Notes: a model not told the origin generated them from the sequence alone. Shown: positions 44,932 to 58,842, numbered from the stretch's first letter. The stretch: 64,000 bases of DNA from Lepidodermella squamata (GCA_047495785.1 JBLDXI010000017.1:310001-374000), one strand, 5' to 3'. Made by a program: numbers and translations.

Positions 44932-47900
44932 ATGACCCCGACTAACTTGATTTCGCTTGTGCTAGCCTGCGCGCTCCTCAACAGTTTGTCGTTAGCACGC
45001 GAGGAGGCGCAAAACGTCACATTCCACAATGCTGACCCAACAATTGGCGATATAAAAATGACTTTGTACGTCGACTTTTACGATGGCTTCACTCCTGGTC
45101 AACTGCCGGCGAAACCGTGGCCGCTGCCCATACCTTACGCATTCAACAACAAAACCTGGAATACCGGCTCAGGCGGCGATGCTGATATCTGTGAGTTTAT
45201 CTGATCGGCAATTTTCTCGAATAATTTGAATCATTTATGCTTGATAGCTGAGCATGATAAAGGCGTTGTGAAGCGAGCCATAGCTCAAATCGAATCAGTA
45301 ACTTGCCTGCGGTTCGAGGAAAGACCGTCTATCGACCTGAATACGTCCAACTCGATTCTTTTTTTTGGATACGGTTGAGTTATTTCATTTCAATTTTATG
45401 ATTTTTATTTCATTCATGGTCCATTTTTAGGAGATTTTAGCACGGGATATCATGGCGTTGATTATCCCCAAAAGTTCATTGGATTCCGGCATTCTGACAA
45501 AATAGATATTAACTATGAGGTTGGTGTCAGATAAAACTTAGGAATACGAAAAAAACGTTTTTGGATCAGGTGCAATCCGTAATGAGACAAATCGGCTACG
45601 TCCTTGGACTAACGTATGAACTCAGGCGGCCGGATCGCGATCAATATCTTACTCCATATCCTGGCAACGAGAACAGGTTTGCTTTTATTTCGGCAGGAGA
45701 GAAGACTTCTTCAACTTTCTCACATAAGCTACCCAATTAATCCTGGGCAAACTTATTACAACGCCACTCCATTTGATTACGAGTCACTGTTCAACCCCAG
45801 TATGATTCGGCAAGGTGGCAGAACTGAGTGGAATCCGCGCGACCTGCGATACATACCAAGCCTGGGACAGACTTCTTACTTATCACTGTTCGACACTGTC
45901 AAGTTGAACACGCTTTACAACTGCTTCAGTGAGAACAAACAGTTTTCTTTGACAGTTTTCAAACTTTCACTTCAATCGTATAGGTTTAGATCCATGTAAG
46001 GACCCGAAAATCGCATGCCAAAACGGTGGTTACCCGAATCCGAGCGTGAATTGTACGAAATGCTTCTGCCCAGTCGGCCTTGGTGGTGATTTCTGCGAAG
46101 ACCCGTACCCAACAGATACAGCGAACGGCTGCGGCGGCGAAATCTATGTGAAACCATGCACTGCCGTCAACATTGCAACTCCCGGAAATGGCATTGCCAA
46201 TTCTACGAGCTGTTCGTGGCGTGTTTCGACGGTTCACAATTTATTCGTTCTTGCGATTCCGAATATATCTTCTCTCTTTCAGGGGGACAAAAGTGGATTG
46301 GTGTTTGCTTTCCCTGATTGGGTCACTCTAGCAAACTTCAGTTGGAATTTCGATAATTTATGGGAATATTTGCTCAATAATTTTCTTTTCAGGACAGCTC
46401 AATTGTGTGAACCTTATATTAATAAGAGAATTGGGACCCGACAGTAGAATTCCCGGATTTATGTGAGTGTTATTAGGGAATAATTCTTGATATCCGCTAA
46501 TTTCTTCTTCCTCGCAGATACTGCGGTCTCACTGCTATGTTTGGTCGTGTTTACGTGACAAATAAAAATCAGGCCTTGGTCTACTCAAGCAGACCGTGGC
46601 AGCTTGTTACAGACTATGCCACTCTCACGGTCTTCGCAACATGCCCTGGTGTGAAAGCAACTGAGTTGACCCGAGAATGCCGTATCACGCCGAACGCTCT
46701 TGACTATGAAGGATCGCTCTTGACCAAGACCTCAACAGGGGCAACCTGCTCGCCGTGGTCGCCGACATTTGCTTTGTACTACGCTATTCCTAGAGGCAAT
46801 TACACTGCCGCTGGGAATGGGTGCCGCTATATCTTTCTTAATACTTTGGGATGCTTCAGTAACGGTGGCTGGGCCGAATGCGAAAATTCTGACAGAATAA
46901 AAAGCTGCAGTAAGTTATTGCATTCTTATTTCATTTTTCAAAGTTGTCGCTCAAAACTAACCTTTTCTGATAAAAGGTACTTAACCTAACAGGAATTGAC
47001 TGTTTTATTCGTAGCTCAATTGTCTTCGCGTTGCATCAACTCGGTAACTGGCCAATTCGAAGCATGCAGGCCGTACTGCTTGGAGGGCGAGACTCCCTTC
47101 AAAGAATGGACAACTCGCTTCACAGACACTTGCAACAAAGGCGTGAGTTATACGAAGTGAAATCCTTTTCATCAGTGTAGCCTTTTGCTCCACAGAACGT
47201 CAAAAAATGCGTCAGTGGTTCGACGTTCCGCTGCATTGCCGGCGACCAGGGCTGCCTTCCCGGCGAGAGCAAAATCGTAAGGGCATGAGAAATTAGGAAA
47301 TGCTTACAGATGCATTGCATCAATTTCAATTGCTTCAGATGTTCAACTCGTATGCCTATTTCGGCCGGAATTTGCTGGCGTGCAATCATCGAGCTGACCT
47401 CAATTGGGTATGCCTGGCTATTGCTTGTAAAATTGCTTTCATAATATTCCTATTAGAGATGTTCCGGTTCCATTTTTAATCTGTCCGGTTCGGTTCGGTT
47501 CGGTTCCATACTTTTTGAGGCGTAACCCGGTTTTTTCGGTTTAACCGGCGGTTAACCGCGGGTTCCACTATTTCAGATGGAATCGATTATTCATAATTAA
47601 TAACCGATAATCGATAATCGATACTCGATAATCCGTTGCTCAGACAAAGAAACAAACGGTCCCAGCGTCTTCAGCGTGAAATTCTACCCCGGACTACAAA
47701 TTTTTAGAATTGTTGGACAATTGGAACCCGAGATATCGTAAAATCAGTGTTACTTCCGATCCCAATTAAGTTAGCGAAAATTTTTCTTTGTGCCGCAATT
47801 TTCAAAGAAGAACGGCAAAACCGCTTCCTTTCATGTCGAAATCCCCCTTAGAAACCCCGGGGTAAAATTGGGGCGAGGACTCTGAATCTTTTTTCAGAAT

Positions 47901-48630
47901 TTTTATAGCTATCATGGTTATCGAGATAATTAGGGGTCATAAATTATTTTATTGCTTTATTGCCGGGATGCTCTGAATTTTATTTTTTCTCAAATACCTT
48001 TTGTGATACATCGTCTAGACTAAAATTTCACGAGGAATCGAATGGCAGCGTTAGTTTTGTTGTGGCGAACATTGGTGAAAAGGAATTAACGGTTGAATTG
48101 ATGCAAAAATCCAATTTTCCAAAAAAATATGTTATCCTTTTTCTGCCCGCATGGTCACCTCCATTAATTGAATCAAAGCTGAAAGTGTTAGCACTGAATA
48201 ATGCAGGTGTAACACATACAGTGAAAACTGGGAATATCTACGGTGGAAAACACAAATTTTAGCTGGTTCAGCTATGTATAGCCATAACGCGAACCGGCGG
48301 TTAACCGGCGGTTTTTGAAGCTGGAAAAAAATGGAACCGGGCGGTTTCGGTTCCGAAAAACCGGGTTCAACCCGGTTAGAACCGGCGGTTATTTGGAACC
48401 GGAACATCTCTAATTCCTATGAACAGAAATACGTCCGCTGTTACCGCAACATACCTGGAAAACCGTTTGCCGAATGCAGACGCGCAGATTTCGGGTGCAG
48501 ACCTACTGAAGTGGGTGACCTTACATTATAGTCGTTTTTGTATGCTCTTAATTATCTACCTGACTCTTCATAGGTTTCGGATGCAACACCGCCTTACTCG
48601 GATCCTTTCAAATGCTATGAAGGTGTCTAA
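44932..48630 (+). CDS. Secreted astacin-like pseudoprotease copy B, paralog of 33101-40091
   Basis: Same exon structure. The zinc-motif position reads VMRQIGYVLGLTYELRRPDRD. Synonymous differences from copy A are visible in exons such as MFN..AYFGRNLLACNHRADLNW. Ends SDPFKCYEGV*. Confidence 0.82.
47454..48412. mobile_element. hAT-type non-autonomous element (959 bp) in an intron of astacin-like copy B
   Basis: TIRs TAGAGATGTTCCGGTTCC / GGAACCGGAACATCTCTA. 8-bp TSD ATTCCTAT. CGGTT/AACCG subterminal repeats. The paralog shows the empty site (single ATTCTTAT near 39867). Confidence 0.93.
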
Positions 48631-51600
48631 AACTGTCAAACTGACTATCAATAAAGCTGGACCTTTGTCATGCTTGAACTTCAAACATCCATAATTATTT
48701 TTGACCTGCTAGAATTCCTAATGAAATATCAACAAATTACTAGGTTCGATTTCCATTTCGGTGATTTTCGCTGTTAATGTTTACAAATTGTGAAAATAAA
48801 TTTAAGGCTTATCAGTTCATATGTGTGTTATAATATTATGTTCAAAAGTCATGATCATCAGATAAGTTGCGGTCTATCGCTATGCGTCTATCGGCATTTG
48901 GACCGGCATTTGGACCGAACTTCCTCCAGTGCCGTTGTTGCCACTATTAATGTCGTACTAAATCACTTGTCAAAACCACGATAAAAAACTAAATAAAAAT
49001 CTACGCAAGTGACTTCAAGTGGCTACGTTCAGCTCATTTAATCTCAAAACACAAGCCCTTCGATTTCGTTTGAACTATTTTTAACAATCTCGAGCTCGGT
49101 ATCTGCATTTTTCGGAATTTGCGGCCGGCATTCCGTTAATTTTCTAGAATTTTTCAAATCTTCCGCAAAATATTAACGGAGAAAGGGATTGAAATCAGCT
49201 TTATTTTGATATAATTCAAAGAGCCGGCAAATTAACCAGCTTGGAGGGAAAATTCGCAGTATTTTGACAAATAAAACCCAGGCAAAATGATTTATTCTTG
49301 TTTCTAAAATATGTTGAATAATCGCATCAAAGAATTGTCAATCACTTCTGGAATTTTCATGGAAATTTAAGTGGGCGAAAATCTAGCCAAATCGGTTATG
49401 GCGCTATTTCAATTTCAATTTCAACGAAATTTCAAAATAGGCAGCCTTTTTCGGTTGATCGCTGCTCACTATTTGCAGTACATGGTGACGACGCAATTCG
49501 ACGCAATTGAGCGATATTTTTTCTTGCGGTTTTAGAGACAGAACAGAAAGAACAGAAAATCGCAGCGACTTTCAGACAAAATATGCGATTGGTTTTCAGA
49601 CAAAATATACTTAGAGCGAACTTCGAGGATTTTTCACTGATTTTCCAGGAATTTTAGAAAAATCTCAACCTCCAGCTATTCAAAAACTGGAGGTTTCGAG
49701 TTGGAATCTTTGTTGACGTTCTGTCAACATAGATTAAGCCCACGTGGCGTAGCTGGAAAAAGATTGTAGTTGAGCTTTTCTTTCAATATAATGTCAATTC
49801 CGCTTGTTGATATTTTGAAAATCAGAAAAAATTCATCGGAGTTCGCTCCAAAAGTATCGACAGGTGATATATATCAGTGAATAATAATATGAAAATATGA
49901 ATAATATCAGGACCGCAATCTTTTCGAACGATTGCAATGAATAAAAAACGAATGGAAAATTGTCAATTGAAGTTGGCGTTATTTCAAAATAAGCACCACG
50001 CATCAGGCTGAAGCCGATCTTTTCGCAGGTGTTCAAGCTGTCGGCGTAAAATACCACATACGCCAAATATTCTTGTATTTTGCTTGTTTGACTACAGTAA
50101 AATGAACGTAAAAACGTAAATTTGCAATTCGCCTATTTAGTACTAACCGGTTATACGACAAGTTAGCCCAAGACCTATACTGTAGTCCAGACAAAATAAA
50201 CCGCGGAAAATATCCCTAAATGAAATTAATTTTCATCACTACTACTTAGTAGCGTCTGTCTAGCCAAAAGTTTTAATTTTATTTGCGAATTTTTAGGAGG
50301 CGATTTCTGCACGCGAATCATTTCAGTACAATAAGGGTGTTTTGTGTTTTCTTGGCGCCAACCACTGCTAATTAACCATTGAAAACACTGACGCCAATCT
50401 CAGGTTTATAAACCTGTACTAGCCATCAGGAAACCATTAATTTTTCGCGAATTTCGACGTGTTCGACGGAGTCGATGGTGAGGAAGTTGACGAATGAACA
50501 ATCGCGATTGCCTCTCTTTCTTATTCTTTTTTCCCTCTTTTTCCCTCTTTCACTTCAATCATGCGACAACCAATTTGACTGGAACACGGCCCATCCTTTC
50601 AGCTACAGGCGTTTACTTGTGGTTTTAAAGTCGTTATCAAAATGACTAATAATTTAATTTCAATCCGGGCTCGATTGTAGATGGCGTTTTTGTCCGGGCT
50701 TATTTGACGTTGAATTTGGGTTATTATGGCAAGTGAGTGGTATTTCTTGCCACTAGATCAAGGTTTTCTGCCACATAATATGAGAATATAAATAAGGTTT
50801 TCTTGCCACCAAATTGGTCTCATCGTCGCTCAAAGTTCGTATTGAGTTCCTCGCTGGTGATGATAGAAATTCCTATCCTGGTCAACGCTGGTACAAGCGT
50901 CAAACGTTTTCCTATGAATTCGAGAATTCAAGTTAACTGATGGAATATTGTTTTACAACGAATTCTCAATACCAAAATATAAGCGGAATTAAGCGCGAAG
51001 TACGCTAATATCATCTATGCCTATAATATGCACATTTTCTGGCTGTCAAAATTAATGTCAATCCTTTATCATGCTTTGCTTTTTTGCCCTATCGCAAATA
51101 TGCGAGGCGTTGGTGCTGCGAACGCGAGCCGATCCCTTATTCGGACTGTTTTTTACGTCTGCAAATGCCCAAATTCGAGGTCAACAAAAAAATAAACGTC
51201 TTCTTCTCTGTTCTTTTGGCCATTTTTTAGGAATCCATAAAAGTTTTTCTTGTACCACAGCCTCGCTTCTGCTACATCCGTACCTACATCCGTGACCGAA
51301 ATCGCGTGGCATCGGGATGTTTCTCTAAACGTCGATAACGGGAGTATGTATGGGAATGCGATAGCTTTCATATAACCTTATGTACTAGATCCAAATCTAA
51401 TAAAAGATTCAATTACTCTTGCGGTGATCGTCCAATTTAGCCATTTTTTCGCCTTATAGGAAGTAACAAGCAGCTAATCCCTTGCGAAGTTTGGCTAGAC
51501 GCATATTATACAAGCGTCCACAAGCTTTGATCTTTAGCTCCTTTTTACAGACATCCTTTTACGATTCTCATTCGAGGCTATCAGTTTTATACCTACGTCC

Positions 51601-51660
51601 CTCCTTCACTAGAATATTTATAAATTTCAAGACTTGCTTAGATCTTACAAGAACTAACGA

Positions 51661-52821
51661 ATGGGGAACCATTTCACGCGAACAGACTTTGAATGGGTAT
51701 ACTCGGACCAACCGCATGTCGAGAGACGTACGTTGATTCTGAAGAAGCACCCAGAAGTGAGACGGCTCATGGGCCACGATCACTTGACAACAATCATCGT
51801 ATCAATCGAAGTCATCATACAATTCATCGCCGCTTACATTCTCCGCAACGCCCCGTGGTCTTCGGTGTTTACGGCAGCGTTATGCTTCGGAGGGACCATC
51901 AACCATTCGCTGACCATTTCGTACCACGAGATTGCGCATAACTTAGCCGCTGGACAGGCCAAGCCGTGGCTGAATCGCATCATCGGCATATGGGCAAACC
52001 TGGCAATCGGTGTACCAGCCTCGGTTTCGTTTAAAAAGTACCACGCCGACCACCACCGATTCCTCGGCGACTACCACATGGATCCTGACCTGCCGCACCC
52101 AATCGAAGCTTGGCTGTTCCAGACAACCATTGGCAAAACTGTTTGGTTGGTCTCGCAAAGCATTGTATATTCGTTGCGACCATTTCTCCGCGTCTGGAAG
52201 CAGGTCCTTTTCTGGGAATACATCAACATCTTTGTGCAGCTTGCGTTCGATGCTCTGTGGATCTACTACTTCGGTTTCCGCTCGTTTGCCTACTTCGTTC
52301 TGAGCACAGTTCTCGGCATGGGCATCAATCCTATCACAGGTTAGTGACTTTCAACAACGATCGACCTTCGATGAACTTAGATTGACAGGCCACTTCATCT
52401 CGGAGCATTACATGTATTCGAAGGGCCAGGAGACCTATTGCTACCTAGGCCCTTTGAACGCTCTGACGTTCAACGTTGGCTACCACATTGAACACCACGA
52501 TTTTCCGAACATTCCATGGACGAAACTGCCAGAGTTGCGCCGTATTGCACCGGAGTTTTACGAGCCTTTAGTTGAACACCGATCTTGTAAGTTGACTGCC
52601 AATGCCGCTTGGTTTAATTTGAATATGGTTTTTCCACAGGGGTTAAAGTTGTGTTCGACTTCATCGTTCAGCAACATTTAGGTCCATTCAGCCGAATCAA
52701 ACGGGAGCAGACCAAGCCGGAATGGCGAGGCCTTAAATCGGACCATTCAAAATGTTGCCGAGATGCATTGATTGCCAACTGCTGCGATTGTGGTTCGGAA
52801 CTAACAGACACCACTCGATGA
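51661..52821 (+). CDS. DEGS1: Sphingolipid delta-4 desaturase (DES1). Exons 51661-52339, 52389-52586, 52640-52821.
   Basis: N-terminus [28 protein letters not shown]. His boxes HEIAH, HADHH and [16 protein letters not shown]. Confidence 0.95.
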
Positions 52822-53310
52822 CCCAAATTTTGCATAAAATGTTCCCTTTTGTTGTAGTTCTTTATTACCATATACCGAAAATAGGATTTATATGGGTAGT
52901 GGCCTGAGATTGCGGCTTTTCTTCATAAGAATCGATGTTACCGAGCCAATATCAAAATGGATAACTTAAAGCTCGAACTTTGTCGAATAAAATAAGGTCC
53001 AAAAGTGAGCATTTTGGATGATTCATTTCCCCCAATGACATACCCAAAAAACTTTGGATTCGCGCAATAATTAAAAATTAAACAATTCTTCCTTAAAAAT
53101 AATTATTATTAAGGTAAATTTCGACGTAACTTTCCAAATATTTGAAATTACAGAGAGTTCAAAAATTTCAAAAATTCTTTAATGAGCTGCAAAATGTGCT
53201 GTGGCATCCAAGTTTCACGTGTAGGTCACCTGAGGAAAAAACGGTCGGGGTTAATTTATCTGCACTCTATGACACACGCACCTTAATTGTTATTGCGTTC
53301 TGCATTGAAC

Positions 53311-53935
53311 ATGTCGTTACCACTTGATGCCTCAAAATCGAAAATATTTCTATGCATAGCCTCGATTCTAGCCTTTCTACCTAGCTACAGCAATTCTAAA
53401 AGTATCGTTTTTCGCTGTGATAATTCCGGGTTGATTGTTGACTTCATCAACAGGTTACGATTATCCAAATTATGACTACGGCCGGTTGCAGAAACCTAAA
53501 ACCGACCCGCCTTTCATTAAAATACGAAAACCGACTACAGCAGCTCCTACAACAATGAGAATGACGACGACTCGTCGTATTCGTAATACCACATACCTAT
53601 CAAATCAAACTCGGATTAATAATTACAATTTCACCACGACGCCAAGTAATTTTCTTAGCCAAATCCTCATATGGGGTTACATTTTTGTTTCAGGTTCGAT
53701 TACGAACGGTTCAAGGTATTCGGGTACAACTCTGGTGGCGAGGACAACTATAGCTCCAGTTCGAAACTACACAGGTTCTTCCAACTTGATAAAACCAGAA
53801 GTTACCGAACTTTATCATATCAATTTTACATCAGGAGGAAGGATGCGAGGCTCAACGACAGTCAGAATCGTTGTGACGACTGGACCATCAAGACAGGACA
53901 TGGATGGCACGGACGAAGACTTCGAAGACGATTAG
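53311..53935 (+). CDS. Small secreted Thr-rich (mucin-like) protein, 2-3 exons
   Basis: Hydrophobic N-terminus MSLPLDASKSKIFLCIASILAFLPSYS. Intron 53402-53453 joins in frame to a Thr-rich ORF with several NxT/S sequons and an acidic tail. Confidence 0.6.
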
Positions 53936-54667
53936 TTATCATCTTTCAGCTGAATTTTCGTTTAAAAAAGCCGGCGCGAATTTTTACGAATTTATCAACA
54001 ACATTTATTTTCTCTGTTTCATTCTTGGCTGTTAACTTTGTCACGTGCGCGAAAAATAGTTTTTTCTCTCATTTGTTATAATAATTATATATAATGAAAT
54101 CGCAATTAATATTATCAGTTATTTTTCGAAGACCAAAATGATAATTGAAAACTAAAAAAGTCCAAAAATTGAAATAATTTACATGGTCGGTTGTTTCAAA
54201 AAAGTTAACTCGAATTGATCGATCACGGTATGGCACGCCAGAAATTTACAATAAAACCATCGGGTCGCACGAACGTATGCCGAGAAAAGCAACGGGACAC
54301 GTACAATAACGTGCTCAAAAAAAGATATTTACAAAAGTGCGAAATAAAAAATGACAATATTTATCATGCCGGGGATTTTAGGAGATCAGAAAAGAATAAT
54401 ATAAGCGATAGGAATAGCGGTCAATGTGGAATCGCCTGTATTATAGTAGGATTTTAGCGCGAAAAAAGACAAGAGAGATAGGTTACACCGGTAAATCATT
54501 CAATAATATGTAACGGTTAACTTTTTTTAAAAGCAACCGCGGTCTTGCGTGCAATCTACGACGTCTTATTTTTATCCAGAAAATTCAGAAAATTAAAGAC
54601 TTATAGTGATGGAAAAATGCGGAAAGCCACCGATTTAGATCTTAATTCGTAAATTTTGGCATGGTTC

Positions 54668-57600
54668 TTATGCCGCCGATTTCCACGCTTGATGGGCGCG
54701 TTTTACAACGTCGAGCTTAGAATTTTCGCGAATTGTCTCCTGGTCGGCGTAGGTCGCAGTTTGGGTGCCGTGCAGTTCCAGCGCCCAGAAGGTGAGCTCG
54801 CCTGATTGGAATACGGGCTCGTCTGGGTGGATTTGAACGCGGAGTCGCCATAGGCCGCGAGGCTTTTCTGCCCACGTGTGCGTGGTCATGAAGGGCCAGT
54901 GGCGGAAACCGACACGGTTGTCCATATCCTTGGGGCGTTCGCTCAGAATCATGGATCTAAAGCGAGGAAAAAAAACAAAAAAAAATTAGTGAAAAATTCA
55001 AGAAAATCGGATCATTATTCAAATAAAAAAATCATAATTCAATTTCATTTTCAATTTTTAAATATCAAAATTTAAATTTGAAAATTTAAAATTTTTGAAA
55101 TTTTTGAAAATGTGGAAATTAAATTTTCAAATTTTTAAAATTTTAATTGCTAATTATATTAATTGTGTCAAATGGTTGATGCTTACGTGGTGTTCATTGG
55201 CGAGATGATGTGCATGACAACGGAGCCACGGCGGGTAGCTGTCAACGAGATGACCATTTGAACGTGTTCCAAGAAGTTGACCTCCTCCTGGGGCTTGCCG
55301 ACGCATGCATCAGTATTTATGCTCAATTCCAACGGATGTTTCGAGTCGAATTTGCTGAAAAATACCAAACATTAGATAAAATTCGTCATGATACCGTAAA
55401 AAATGAAAAATAAATTAAATATTCTGTCTCAAATTTCAAAATTTGAAATATTTGAAAAATTTAAATTTCAAAACTTGGAATTTGAAAAATATTAAAAAAA
55501 TAGTAAAAATTTGTTTGAATTTTAAGGATAATTTGTGAGCTTACTATTTGCCCTCGATGATGCCGCCTTCACAATGGAACCGTTCTGGGACACCCTTCCA
55601 GCGCTTAGCCAGTTCGACCATAGATCCAGCATCAAGAACGCCAAAACCAAACAAGTGGTTGAATTCCAACCCAGCGCCATTCATTTTCCACTCATGAATG
55701 CCATGGGCATCATAGAGCTGGTTTCGCTTCGAGGTCAACACGGTCAAATGCTGGATATCGCGCCAGGTCAGTTTCGGATTAGCCTCCAAGGCCAGGGCAA
55801 AGACTCCCGCAGCTTCCGGAGCAGCTGCGGATGTTCCGGAGTGGCGAAGGGTGCAATTTCCGTACAAATCCGTAGTCGCAACGCCGGCGTCGAAGAAGCC
55901 TTTCCCGTTCGAGAATGTCGAAGCTAGGGTGGACGAGCAGCTCTCGTCGTAGGTCGCAATCTGCCCGTCGTTCGTCGCCGAATTGATCGAAATGGTCCAC
56001 ATCGACGCGGCGTAACCGTCACAGTTGCAATCATCATCCGGACCGCCGTCACCCGACGCCCAGACGTAGATCGACCCTAGGCCGTTCCTACCCTCGTTGA
56101 CGCCCTTAACAATCGCTCGCATTGTCAGATTCCTCGGGCCGTCGACGGTTCGCCCGTCATCGGTCGGGCCCCACGATGCGGAGTAGATCGAAACTAGATC
56201 AGGCCGGTAGCTCATCGAGTTCGCCTCGATCAGATCTGTCATGAAAGGCTGGTCAAGCATGCGAAGCCCGGCGACCTTAGAGTTGAAAGCAACGCCAACG
56301 CCGCACAGGCCGTTGTCCTTCATGGCGGCGATTTCACCCGCGCAACGCGTGCCGTGCGAGTTGAACCAGTCGTCGGTGTAGCGCGGGAATGGGTACGGGT
56401 CGTTGCTGGAAAAGTCCCAGCTAGCCTCGGCGTTGTAGTTATCGGCCAAATCGGCGTGCAGGTAGTCGATACCGTCGTCCATAATTGCGGTCGTCACGCC
56501 CTTGCCGGTGATGCCCTGCGCCCACGCCGCCTCAACGTTCAGGTCGAGGTTCGGCGTGCCGCCGGCTTGGCCGGTGTTCTTCAGGTACCACTCTTTGTTG
56601 TACAGAGGGTCGTTCGGTTGGTCCTAATGTCAGAAAAAAATTATAGAAAAAATTGAAAAAACCTTCAAACCTCCATTTTCACTTGACTATTTTTTGCTGA
56701 TAATTTTTTGTGAATATGTTAATTATGTTATTGCCGCGCAAGGGGCTATTTCGTAAAGGAGGATTCAGAAAATTGATATAATTTATACTCAAACTCAAAG
56801 TTCAAGGTTCAAGTCTATGACATGAACATAAGACATTATTCAGTTGGGGTTGTTTAGCCCAACTGAAATTTTTAGGCAACTCGAGCCATCTTCATCCTTG
56901 ACATGGCCTGGCGCCTGATAGGCGAGCTCGAGGCCGAAAATTATAGAAAAAATCATCTCATGGGTAGCCTATTTAAGTAAAAAATAAAAAATTACATGCG
57001 AAGAGAAGCCCATTTTTTATGCTATCAAATTTAGGGAATATGCAAATAACTCGCTCTGTTAGCAATACAGCGATTCTTAAAAGTGGAATCTTGAGAAATG
57101 CCGATTTTTCATCATCTAAATCATATCTAATCAATCAATTGAAATTGAATGATTACCATCGTTTGGGTTTTACTTTTTCCCAAGCGAACTTTTTGCGCAT
57201 CTCGAGCCTCCCTAAACCCCCCTGTTCAAGGCCTGGCGCCAGATAGGCGAGCTCGAGGCCGATTTACTAAGAAAAATAACGCATCTTCGATCCTATTTCA
57301 TTCATCTGAAAATCAACTGGAAAAAATTGAACCTTGAACAAATTTTAAAATTCTGTTGAAAATGTGAGAAAAATTCTGGGGACTTCATAATTCTATTGGA
57401 ATCTATTGGAAATAAATAAAATCGATTCCCTATATAGGATTTTTGACCACAACCGCTTTTACTATGTCAGATTTAAAAGAAAATTAATTGAATTTTTTAC
57501 CTTGATTTTGTACAATTCTCGAGCTGTTAGAGCTCCAGCGGCCATCGGAACGCCACGGGCGTTGTAGCCGCGCTTAACACGGCTGTAGCCGCTCTGTTGG

Positions 57601-57977
57601 TGCGCCTGCGCAATGAGCGGCTCGCGCATCAGCTTCTGCGTGTGGTGCGAGCTGGCGACGGTGTCGGCGTGGGGCACGCCGCGGTGCATGATGTGATGCT
57701 CGTCGGGCGAGCCCATAACGCGGCCGACGTAGCTGAAGCCGTTGCGCTCGGCGATGCGGCGCATCTCGGCGGCGCTCACGTCGCGCCTCGCTCGCACGTA
57801 CCAGTGGTTAGTGGCGACTTCGACGCCGAGCGCTGACGCCAGGGCGGCGCCGAGGGCGATGGTGCAGACTAGCGATTGAAAGACACGGGCGGCATGGATG
57901 GAAGTGCCGGTTAAACAACGACTACTTTTTCTCATTCCATTACTTATAGACATAATAATTCCGCCTCTAGAAACCAT
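54668..57977 (-). CDS. PCSK2: Prohormone convertase 2 (egl-3/PCSK2). Exons about 57977-57501, 56623-55545, 55354-55187, 54956-54668. Exact start ATG uncertain.
   Basis: Prodomain ending RVKR. Catalytic motifs IMDDGID, HGTRCAGE and HSGTSAAAP. PC2-specific oxyanion Asp in WASGDGG. P domain LEHVQ..WPFMTTHTWAE. Confidence 0.96.
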
Positions 57978-58842
57978 AGAAATTTCAGGTTAATAAAAAA
58001 ATTTGTAGAAATTAGGTCAGACAGTGAGGAAAATTAGGAAAATTCTTCCTGTTATTGAAAAGTTCGGATAAAAATCCACTGAACATGGGCAAAAATCAAT
58101 TTAGAAGTATTTCAAAACATCTAAAAATAAAAGTTCTGATTTTGAACATTTTAAATTGAACAAAATTTTGAAATTCAATAAATGTTTTGAAAAATTTCAA
58201 AATTTAAATTCGCAGATCTCTAAAATAAAATAAAAAAATAAAAAAATGGTTTTCCAAAAAATTGAGCTATATTCCAGCAATAGTTTTCGTGCTTGGATAA
58301 CCCGCGGTATTCCACCAATTTCAGTCCATTAATCGAGCGAAAATGAGTAGGTTGTAAGTTCCTTCGAAATCAACGCTTAATCCACTTCATCGGTTGTTCA
58401 CCGGTCGGTTCATCGAAAATAAATTGATACTTGGTCGCCGAAAAATTCGATCGGGAATCTGCTGGTTTCCGGATATCAACGGGTCACTCTTGCGAAGAAA
58501 TGATACGGATGTTGCCAAAAAGGATATAAATTTGAGGAAATACATATTTTACTGGAACTAGATACTTTTATGCTAATATGTATCTCAGCAGCTATAGATA
58601 ATAATGTTCGATAGTTAGAAACGCATCAGTTGACTGACTAAACGAAAAAATTCCAAGCGATTTTCTGAATGCGTATATTATAAGGTTTATTCGCGCACAT
58701 CAGCATATACGCTGGGCAATATTTTGTCATAATATTATATAATATTCGCCGTAATGCTCATGCGTATTGATTTTCGCTCCGCGCCACGCGCATTTTGTAG
58801 CTGGCATCGATTTTTTCGCAAGCTCGCTCTCGAAGCCCCCTT

